Positions 29,760 through 39,830 of a stretch of 64,000 bases of DNA are shown here, piece after piece (within the stretch, counting starts at the first letter, position 1; each line of letters opens with the position of its first letter). The position numbers and the translations under genes were made by a program. The notes under the pieces were generated by a model. The model worked only from the letters and a program-made list of their open reading frames with translations, searched no databases and had not been told where the DNA came from. The stretch is from Octopus sinensis (lineage: Eukaryota): positions 17,360,001 through 17,424,000 of the forward strand of contig NC_043014.1 in NCBI RefSeq assembly GCF_006345805.1, given 5' to 3'.

Positions 29760-32700
29760 CCGCTATACACAGAACACTGCTGCTTCTAACAATGCGAGAG
29801 CCTCAGTGATTGCTGAACAACGGGCATTCCGCAATACACAGAACGCTGCTGCTTTTAACAATGCGTGAGCCTCAGAGATTTCTGAACAACGGGCATTCCG
29901 CAATACACAGAACGCTGCTGCTTCTAACAATGCGTGAGCCTCACAGTTTGCTGAACAATGGGCATTCCGCAATACACAGAACGCTGCTTCTTCTAACAAT
30001 GCGTGAGCCTCAGAGATTGCTGAACAACGGGCATTCCGCAATACACAGAACGCTGCTGCTTCCAATAATGCGTGAGCCTCAGAGATTGCTGAACAACGGT
30101 CATTCCGCAATACACAGAACGCTGCTGGTTTTAACAATGCGTGAGCCTCAGAGATTTCTGAACAACGGGCATTCCGCAATACACAGAACGCTGCTGCTTC
30201 TAACAATGCGAGAGCTTCAGAGATTGCTGAACAACGGGCATTCCGCAATACACAGAACGCTGCTGCTTCTAACAATGCGAGAGCCTCAGAGATTGCTGAA
30301 CAACGGGCATTCCGCAATACACAGAACGCTGCTGCTTCTAACAATGCGTGAGCCTCAGAGATTGCTGAACAACGGGCATTCCGCAATACACAGAACGCTG
30401 CTGCTTCTAACAATGCGAGAGCCTCAGAGATTGCTGAACAACGGGCATTCCGCAATACACAGAACGCTGCTGCTTCTAACAATGCGTGAGCCTCAGAGAT
30501 TGCTGAACAACGGGCATTCCGCTATACACAGAACCCTGCTGCTTCTAACAATGCGAGAGCCTCAGTGATTGCTGAACAACGGGCATTCCGCAATACACAG
30601 AACGCTGCTGCTTCTAACAATGAAAGAGCCTCCCAGATTGCTTAACAACGGGCATTCCGCAATACACAGAACGCTGCTGCTTCTAACAATGCGTGAGCCG
30701 CCGAGATTTCTGAACAACGGGCATTCCGCAATACACAGAACGCTGCTGCTTCTAACAATGCGAGAGCCTCAGAGATTGCTGAACAACGGGCATTCCGCAA
30801 TACACAGAACGCTGCTGCTTCTAGCAATACGTGAGCCTCAGTGATTGCTGAACAACGGGCATTCCGCAATACACAGAACGCTGCTGCTTCTAACAATGAA
30901 AGAGCCTCCCAGATTGCTTAACAACGGGCATTCCGCAATACACAGAACGCTGCTGCTTTTAACAATGCGTGAGCCTCAGAGATTGCTGAACAACGGGCAT
31001 TCCGCAATACACAAAACGCTGCTGCTTCTAACAATGCGTGAGCCGCCGAGATTTCTGAACAACGGGCATTCCGCAATACACAAAACGCTGCTGCTTCTAA
31101 CAATGCGTGAGCCTCAGAGATTGCTGAACAACGGGCATTCCACTATACACAGAACGCTGCTGCTTCTAACAATGCGACAGCCTCAGAGATTGCTGAACAG
31201 CGGTCATTCCGCAATACACAGAACGCTGCTGCTTCTAACAATGCGAGAGCCTCAGAGATTGCTGAACAACGGCATTCCGCAATACACAGAACGCTGCTGC
31301 TTCTAACAATGCGAGAGCCTCAGAGATTGCTGAACAACGGGCATTCCGCAATACACAGAACGCTGCTGCTTCTAACAATGCGTGAGCCTCAGAGATTGCT
31401 GAACAACGGGCATTCCGCAATACACAGAACGCTGCTGCTTCTAACAATGCGAGAGCCTCAGAGATTGCTGAACAACGGGCATTCCGCAATACACAGAACG
31501 CTGCTGCTTCTAACAAAGCGTGAGCCTCGAGATTGCTGAACAACGGGCATTCCGCAATACACAGAACGCTGCTGCTTCTAACAATGCGTGAGCCCGAGAT
31601 TTCTGAACAACGGGCATTCCGCAATACACAGAACGCTGCTGCTTCTAACAATGCGAGAGCCTCAGAGTTTGCTGAACAACGGGCATTCCGCAATACACAG
31701 AACGCTGCTGCTTCTAACAATGCGAGAGCCTCAGAGATTGCTGAACAACGGGCATTCCGCAATACACAGAACGCTGCTGCTTCTAACAATGCGAGCCTCC
31801 GAGATTGCTGAACAACGGGCATTCCGCAATACACAGAACGCTGCTGCTTCTAACAATGCGTGAGCCTCAGAGATTCTGAACAACGGGCATTCCGCAATAC
31901 ACAGAACGCTGCTGCTTCTAACAATGCGTGAGCCTCCGAGATTGCTGAACAACGGGCATTCCGCAATACAGAGAACGCTGCTGCTTCTAACAATGCGAGT
32001 GCCTCCGAGTTTGCTGTACAACGGGCATTCCGCAATACACAGATCTCTGCCGCTTCTAACAATACGTGAGCCTCCGAGATTCCTGAACAACGGGCATTCC
32101 GCAATACACAGAACGCTGCTGCTTCTAACAATGCGTGAGCCTCCGAGATTGCTGAACAACGTTCATTCCGCAATACAGAGAACGCTGCTGCTTCTAACAA
32201 TGCGAGAGCCTCAGTGATTTCTGAACAACGGGCATTCCGCATTACACAGAACGCTGCTGATTCTAACAATGCGAGAGCCTCAGAGATTGCTGAACAACGG
32301 GCATTCCGCTATACACAGAACGCTGCTGATTCTAACAATGCGAGAGCCTCAGAGATTGCTGAACAGCGGTCATTCCGCAATACACAGAACGCTGCTGATT
32401 CTAACAATGCGAGAGCCTCAGAGATTGCTGAACAGCGGTCATTCCGCAATACACAGAACGCTGCTGATTCTAACAATGCGAGAGCCTCAGAGATTGCTGA
32501 ACAACGGGCATTCCGCTATACAGAGAACGCTGCTGATTCTAACAATGCGAGAGCCTCAGAGATTGCTGAACAACGGGCATTCCGCAATACAGAGAACGCT
32601 GCTGCTTCTAACAATGCGAGTGCCTCCGAGTTTGCTGTACAACGGGCATTCCGCAATACACAGATCTCTGCCGCTTCTAACAATGCGTGAGCCTCAGAGA

Positions 32701-33740
32701 TTGCTGAACACCGGTCATTCCGCAATACACAGAACGCTGCTGCTTCTAACAATGCGAGAGCCTCAGAGATTGCTGAACAACGGCATTCCGCAATACACAG
32801 AACGCTGCTGCTTCTAACAATGCGAGAGCCTCAGAGATTGCTGAACAACGGGCATTCCGCAATACACAGAACGCTGCTGCTTCTAACAATGCGAGAGCCT
32901 CAGTGATTGCTGAACAACGGGCATTCCGCAATACACAGAACGCTGCTTCTTTTAACAATGCGTGAGCCTCAGAGATTTCTGAACAACGGGCATTCCGCAA
33001 TACACAGAACGCTGCTGCTTCTAACAATGCGTGAGCCTCACAGTTTGCTGAACAATGGGCATTCCGCAATACACAGAACGCTGCTTCTTCTAACAATGCG
33101 TGAGCCTCAGAGATTGCTGAACAACGGGCATTCCGCAATACACAGAACGCTGCTGCTTCCAATAATGCGTGAGCCTCAGAGATTTCTGAACAACGGGCAT
33201 TCCGCAATACACAGAACGCTGCTGCTTCTAACAATGCGTGAGCCGCCGAGATTTCTGAAGAACGGGCATTCCGCAAAACACAGAACGCTGCTGCTTCTAA
33301 CAATGCGAGAGCCTCAGAGATTGCTGAACAACGGGCATTCCGCAATACACAGAACGCTGCTGCTTCTAACAATGCGAGAGCTTCAGAGATTGCTGAACAA
33401 CGGTCATTCCGCAATACACAGAACGCTGCTGCTTCTAACAATGCGAGAGCCTCAGAGATTGCTGAACAGCGGTCATTCCGCAATACACAGAACGCTGCTG
33501 CTTCTAACAATGCGAGAGCCTCAGAGATTGCTGAACAACTGGCATTCCGCAATACACAGAACGCTACTGCTTCTAGCAAAGCGAGAGCCTCAGAGATTGC
33601 TGAACAACGGGCATTCCGCAATACACAGAACGCTGCTGCTTCTAACAATGCGTGAGACTCAGAGATTGCTGAACAACGGTCATTCCGCAATACACAGAAC
33701 CCTGCTGCTTCTAACAATGCGAGAGCCTCAGTGATTGCTG
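29760..33740. repeat. Duplicated A block, about 29760-30600 and about 32860-33740 (offset about 45 monomers)
   Basis: Shared rare alleles in order: TCACAGTTTGCTGAACAATGGG 29941/33038, CTTCTTCTAAC, TCCAATAATG 30061/33158, GAGAGCTTCAG, GCTATACAC/GAACCCTG. Offset 3097; 45x69 = 3105. Confidence 0.78.
32214..32560. repeat. Run of five consecutive A monomers sharing GCTGATTCTAAC and GCGAGAG
   Basis: GCTGCTGATTCT appears at about 32252, 32322, 32391, 32460 and 32529. It sits between two copies of GCGAGTGCCTCCGAGTTTGCTGTAC...AGATCTCTGCCGC at 31995 and 32616 (offset 621 = 9x69). Confidence 0.88.
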
Positions 33741-34949
33741 AACAACGGGCATTCCGCAATACACAGAACGCTGCTGCTTTTAACAATGCGTGAGCCTCAG
33801 AGATTTCTGAACAACGGGCATTCCGCAATACACAGAACGCTGCTGCTTCTAACAATGCGTGAGCCTCCGAGTTTGCTGAACAACGGGCATTCCGCAATAC
33901 ACAGAACGCTGCTGCTTCTAACAATGCGAGAGCCTCAGATATTGCTGAACAACGTTCATTCCGCAATACACAGAACGCTGCTGCTTCTAACAATGCGTGA
34001 GCCTCAGTGATTGCTGAACAACGGGCATTCCGCAATACACAGAACGCTGCTGCTTCTAACAATGCGTGAGCCTCAGAGATTGCTTAACAACGGGCATTCC
34101 GCAATACACAGAACGCTGCTGCTTCTAACAATGCGCGAGCCTCCGAAGATTGCTGAACAACGGGCATTCCGCAATACACAGAACGCTGCTGCTTCTAACA
34201 ATGCGTGAGCCTCAGAGATTTTGAAAAACGGGCATTCCGCAATACACAGAACGCTGCTGCTTCTAACAATGCGTGAGCCTCAGAGATTGCTGAACAACGG
34301 GCATTCCGCAATACACAGAACGCTGCTGCTTCTAACAATGCGTGAGCCTCAGAGATTGCTGAACATCGGGCATTCCGCAATACACAGAACGCTGCTGCTT
34401 CCAGCAATGCGTGAGCCTCCGAGATTGCTGAACAACGGGCATTCCGCAAAAAAGAGAACGCTGCTGCTTCTAACAAAACGTGAGCCTCAGAGATTGCTGA
34501 ACAATGGGCATTCCGCAATTCACAGAACGCTGCTGCTTCTAACAATGCGTGAGCCTCAGAAATTGCTGTACTTCGGGCATTCCGCAATACACAGAACGCT
34601 GCTGCTTCCAGCAATGCGTGAGCCTCAGAGATTGCTGAACAACGGGCATTCCGCAATACACAGAACGCTGCTGCTTCTAACAATGCGAGAGCCTCACAGT
34701 TTGCTGAACAACGGGCATTCCGCAATACACAAAACGCTGCTGCTTCTAACATTGCGTGAGCCGCCGAGATTGCTGAACAACGGGCATTCCGCTATACACA
34801 GAACGCTGCTGCGTCTAACAATGCGTGAGCCGCCGAGATTGCTGAACATCGGGCATTCCGCAATACACAGAACGCTGCTGCTTCTAACAATGCGTGAGTC
34901 TCAGTGATTGCTTAACAACGGGCATTCCGCAATACACAGAACGCTGCTG

Positions 34950-37900
34950 CTTCTAACAATGCGTGAGCCTCCGAGATTGCTGAACAACGGAAATTCCGCA
35001 ATACACAGAACGCGGCTGCTTCTAACAATGCGTGAGCCACAGAGATTGCTGAACAACGGGCATTCCGCAATACACAGAACGCTGCTGCTTCTAACAATGC
35101 GTGAGCCTCAGAAATTGCTGAACAACGGGCATTCCGCAATACAAGAACGCTGCTGCTTCTAACAATGCGTGAGCCTCAGAGATTGCTGAACAACGGGCAT
35201 TCCGCAATACACAGAACGCTGCTGCTTCTAACAATGCGTGAGCCTCAGAGATTGCTGAACAACGGGCATTCCGCAATACACAGAACGCTGCTGCTTCTAA
35301 CAATGCGTGAGCCTCTGAGATTTTGAACAACGGGCATTCCGCAATACACAGAACGCTGCTGCTTCTAACAATGCGTGAGCCTCAGAGATATTTGAACAAC
35401 GGGCATTCCGCAATACACAGAACGCTGCTGCTTCTAACAATGCGTGAGCCTCAGAGATATTTGAACAACGGGCATTCCGCAATACACAGAACGCTGCTGC
35501 TTCTAAAAATGCGTGAGCCTCAGAAATATTTGAACAACGGGCATTCCGCAATACACAGAACGCTGCTGCTTCTAACAATGCGTGAGCCTCAGAGATTTGA
35601 ACAACGGGCATTCCGCAATACACAGAACGCTGCTGCTTCTAACAATGCGTGAGCCTCAGAGATATTTGAACAACGGGCATTCCGCAATACACAGAACGCT
35701 GCTGCTTCTAACAATGCGTGAGCCTCAGAGATTGCTGAACAACGGGCATTCCGCAATACACAGAACGCTGCTGCTTCAAACAATGCGCGAGCCTCCGAAA
35801 TTGCTGAACAACGGGCATTCCGCAATACACAGAACGCTGCTGCTTCAGCAATGCGTGAGCCTCAGAGATATTTGAAAAACGGGCATTCCGCAATACACAG
35901 AACGCTGCTGCTTCTAACAATGCGTGAGCCTCAGAGATTGCTGAACAACGGGCATTCCGCAATACACAGAACGCTGCTGCTTCTAACAATGCGTGAGCCT
36001 CAGAGATTGCTGAACAACGGGCATTCCGCAATACACAGAACGCTGCTGCTTCTAACAATGCGTTAGCCTCAGAGATATTTGGACAACGGGCATTCCGCAA
36101 TACACAGAACGCTGCTGCTTCTACAATGCGTGAGCCTCAGAGATTGCTGAACAACGGGCATTCCGCAATACACAGAACGCTGCTGCTTTTAACAATGCGT
36201 GAGCCTCAGAGATTTTGAAAAACGGGCATTCCGCAATACACAGAACGCTGCTGCTTCTAACAATGCGTGAGCCTCAGAGATTGCTGAACAACGGGCATTC
36301 CGCAATACACAGAACGCTGCTTCTTCTAACAATGCGTGAGTCTCAGAGATTGCTGAACAACGGGCATTCCGCAATACACAAACGCTGCTGCTTCTAACAT
36401 TGCGTGAGCCGCCGAGATTGCTGAACATCGGGCATTCCGCAATACACAGAACGCTGCTGCTTCTAACAATGCGTGAGCCTCCGAGATTGCTGAACACGGG
36501 CATTCCGCAATACACAGAACGCTGCTGCTTCTAACAATGCGAAGAGCCTCCCAGATTGCTGAACAACGGGCATTCCGCAATACACAGAACGCTGCTGCTT
36601 CTAACAATGCGTGAGCCTCCGAGATTGCTGAACAACGGAATTCCGCAATACACAGAACGCTGCTGCTTCTAACAATGCGAGAGCCTCCGAAATTGCTGAA
36701 CAACGGGCATTCCGCAATACACAGAACCCTGCTGCTTCCAGCAATGCGTGAGCCTCAGAGATTGCTGAACAACGGGCATTCCGCAATACACAGAACGCTG
36801 CTGCTTCTAACAATGCGAGAGCCTCAGAGATTGCTGAACAACGGGCATTCCGCAATACACAGAACGCTGCTGCTTCTAACAATGCGTGAGCCTCAGAGAT
36901 TGAACAACGGGCATTCCGCAATACACACAACGCTGCTGCTTCTAACAATGCGTGAGCCTCAGAGATATTTGAACACGGGCATTCCGCAATACACAGAACG
37001 CTGCTGCTTCTAACAATGCGTGAGCCTCAGAGATATTTGAACAACGGGCATTCCGCAATACACAGAACGCTGCTGCTTCTAACAATGCGTGAGCCTCAGA
37101 GATATTTGAACAACGGGCATTCCGCAATACACAGAACGCTGCTGCTTCTAACAATGCGAGAGCCTCCGAGATTGCTGAACAACTGGAATTCCGCAATACA
37201 CAGAACGCTGCTGCTTCTAACAATGCGTGAGCCACAGAGATTGCTGAACAACGGGCATTCCGCAATACACAGAACGCTGCTGCTTCTAACAATGCGTGAG
37301 CCTCAGAAATTGCTGAACAACGGGCATTCCGCAATACACAGAACGCTGCTGCTTCTAACAATGCGTGAGCCTGAGAGATTGCTGAACAACGGGCATTCCG
37401 CAATACACAGAACGCTACTGCTTCTAGCAATGCGTGAGCCTCAGAGATTGCTGAACAACGGGCATTCCGCAATACACAGAACGCTGCTGCTTCTAACAAT
37501 GCGTGAGCTTCTGAGATATTTGAACAACGGGCATTCCGCAATACACAGAACGCTGCTGCTTCTAACAATGCGTGAGCCTCAGAGATATTTGAACAACGGG
37601 CATTCCGCAATACACAGAACGCTGCTGCTTCTAACAATGCGTGAGCCTCAGAGATATTTGAACAACGGGCATTCCGCAATACACAGAACGCTGCTGCTTC
37701 TAAAAATGCGTGAGTCTCAGAAATATTTGAACAACGGGCATTCCGCAATACACAGAACGCTGCTGCTTCTAACAATGCGTGAGCCTCAGAGATATTTGAA
37801 CAACGGGCATTCCGCAATACACAGAACGCTGCTGCTTCTAACAATGCGTGAGCCTCAGAGATATTTGAACAACGGGCATTCCGCAATACACAGAACGCTG

Positions 37901-39350
37901 CTGCTTCTAACAATGCGTGAGCCTCAGAGATTGCTTAACAACGGGCATTCCGCAATACACAGAACGCTGCTGCTTCAAACAATGCGCGAGCCTCCGAAAA
38001 TGCTGAACATCGGGCATTCCGCAATACACAGAACGCTGCTGCTTCCAGCAATGCGTGAGCCTCAGAGATATTTGAAAAACGGGCATTCCGCAATACACAG
38101 AACGCTGCTGCTTCTAACAATGCGTGAGCCACAGAGATTGCTGAACAACGGGCATTCCGCAATACACAGAACGCTGCTGCTTCTAACAATGCGTGAGCCT
38201 CAGAGATTGCTGAACAACGGGCATTCCGCAATACACAGAACGCTGCTGCTTCTAACAATGCGTTAGCCTCAGAGATATTTGGACAACGGGCATTCCGCAA
38301 TGCACAGAACGCTGCTGCTTCTAGCAATGCGTGAGCCTCAGAGATTGCTGAACAACGGGCATTCCGCAATACACAGAACGCTGCTGCTTTTAACAATGCG
38401 TGAGCCTCAGAGATATTTGAAAAACGGGCATTCCGCAATACACAGAACGCTGCTGCTTCTAACAATGCGTGAGCCTCAGAGATTGCTGAACATCGGGCAT
38501 TCCGCAATACACAGAACGCTGCTGCTTCTTCTAACAATGCGTGAGTCTCAGAGATTGCTGAACAACGGGCATTCCGCAATACACAAAACGCTGCTGCTTC
38601 TAACATTGCGTGAGCCGCCGAGATTGCTGAACATCGGGCATTCCGCAATACACAGAACGCTGCTGCTTCTAACAATGCGTGAGCCGCCGAGATTGCTGAA
38701 CATCGGGCATTCCGCAATACACAGAACGCTGCTGCTTCTAACAATGAAAGAGCCTCCCAGATTGCTTAACAACGGGCATTCCGCAATACACAGAACGCTG
38801 CTGCTTCTAACAATGCGTGAGCCTCCGAGATTGCTGAACAACGGAAATTCCGCAATACACAGAACGCTGCTGCTTCTAACAATGAAAGAGCCTCCGAAAT
38901 TGCTGTACATCGGGCATTCCGCAATACACAGAACCCTGCTGCTTCCAGCAATGCGTGAGCCTCAGAGATTGCTGAACAAGGGGCATTCCGCAATACACAG
39001 AACGCTGCTGCTTCTAACAATGCGAGAGCCTCAGAGATTGCTGAACAACGGGCATTCCGCAATACACAGAACGCTGCTGCTTCTAACAATGCGTGAGCCT
39101 CAGAGATATTTGAACAACGGGCATTCCGCAATACACACAACGCTGCTGCTTCTAACAATGCGTGAGCCTCAGAGATATTTGAACATCGGGCATTCCGCAA
39201 TACACAGAACGCTGCTGCTTCTAACAATGCGTGAGCCTCAGAGATATTTGAACAACGGGCATTCCGCCATACACAGAACGCTGCTGCTTCTAACAATGCG
39301 TGAGCCTCAGAGATATTTGAACAACGGGCATTCCGCAATACACAGAACGC
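34950..39350. repeat. Tandem duplication of about 32 A monomers (about 2.2 kb): copy 1 about 34950-37140, copy 2 about 37140-39350
   Basis: Rare markers recur in the same order: GAGCCACAG 35034/37229, TTCTAAAAATG 35501/37698, CGTTAGCCTCAGAGATATTTGGAC 36061/38261, ATACACACAA 36921/39131. Offsets are 2195-2210; 32x69 = 2208. Confidence 0.88.
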
Positions 39351-39540
39351 TGCTGCTTCTAACAATGCGTGAGGCTCAGAGATATTTGAACAACGGGCAT
39401 TCCGCAATACACAGAACGCTGCTGCTTCTAACAATGCGTGAGCCTCAGAGATGTTTGAACAACGGGCATTCCGCAATACACAGAACGCTGCTGCTTCTAA
39501 CAATGCATGAGCCTCAGAGATATTTGAACAACGGGCATTC
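35300..39540. repeat. Junction-proximal A subfamily (A2) marked by GAGATATTTGAAC
   Basis: The triple substitution GATTGCTGAAC to GATATTTGAAC first appears at about 35387 and is frequent up to about 39525. I did not see it before about 35.3 kb. It co-occurs with AACATCGGG, CTTCCAGCAATG, CTTCAAACAATGCGCGAG and CCGAAA alleles, which start at about 34.1 kb. Confidence 0.88.
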
Positions 39541-39740
39541 AGCAATACACAGAACGCTGCTGCTTGTAACAATGCGTGAGCCTCAGAGATTGCTTAACAA
39601 CGGGCATTCCGCAATACACGGAACGCTGCTGCTTCAAACAATGCGCGAGCCTCCGAAAATGCTGAACATCGGGCATTCCGCAATACACAGAACGCTGCTG
39701 CTTCCAGCAATGCGTGAGCCTCAGATATTGCTGAACAACG

Positions 39741-39830
39741 GTCATTCAGCAATACACAGAACGCTGCTGCTTCTATCGATGCGAGAGCCTCCGAGATTGC
39801 TGAACAACAATACACAGTACGCTGCTGTTA
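39741..39830. other. A/B junction: in-register fusion with an 11-bp deletion
   Basis: The sequence reads CCGAGATT-GCTGAACAAC (39799-39808, A side) directly followed by AATACACAGTACGCTGCTGTTACTGCC (B side). The 11-nt block GGGCATTCCGC (A) or GGGGACTCTGC (B) is missing. The last A monomer carries unusual changes (GTCATTCAGC at 39741; TTCTATCGATG with ATCGAT at 39775-39780). Confidence 0.93.

Larger units (their letters stand above)
1..39808. repeat. Satellite array, family A: 69-bp monomer, about 575 head-to-tail copies
   Basis: Exact 69-bp periodicity from base 1; the first full monomer in my phase starts at 28 (GCTGAACAACGGGCATTCCGCAATACACAGAACGCTGCTGCTTCTAACAATGCGTGAGCCTCAGAGATT). Common alleles are GCGTGAG/GCGAGAG, TCAGAG/TCCGAG/TCAGTG, ATT/TTT and CACAG/CAGAG. 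The array runs off the left edge of the window. Confidence 0.99.

Noticed and set aside
8-39800. Hundreds of ORFs in family A (MREPQRLLNNGHSAIHRTLLLLT on +, LRNARCSAISEAHALLEAAAFCV on -, up to 746 aa)
   Set aside because: They are translations of a 23-codon monomer, open on both strands, with recurrent stop alleles (CAG-TGA, CGT-TAG) every few monomers. There is no unique terminus and no recognisable domain. Not annotated as CDS.
1-39808. UGA recoding (selenocysteine or alternative genetic code) that would open the AEQRAFRNTQNAAASNNA*ASEI frame of A
   Set aside because: The TGA/AGA toggle is striking, but the same column also takes TTA, ACA and AAA. TAA stops recur in that frame (GCT TAA at about 18201, 30641, 34083, 37934, 39594), and nothing indicates a host with a variant code.
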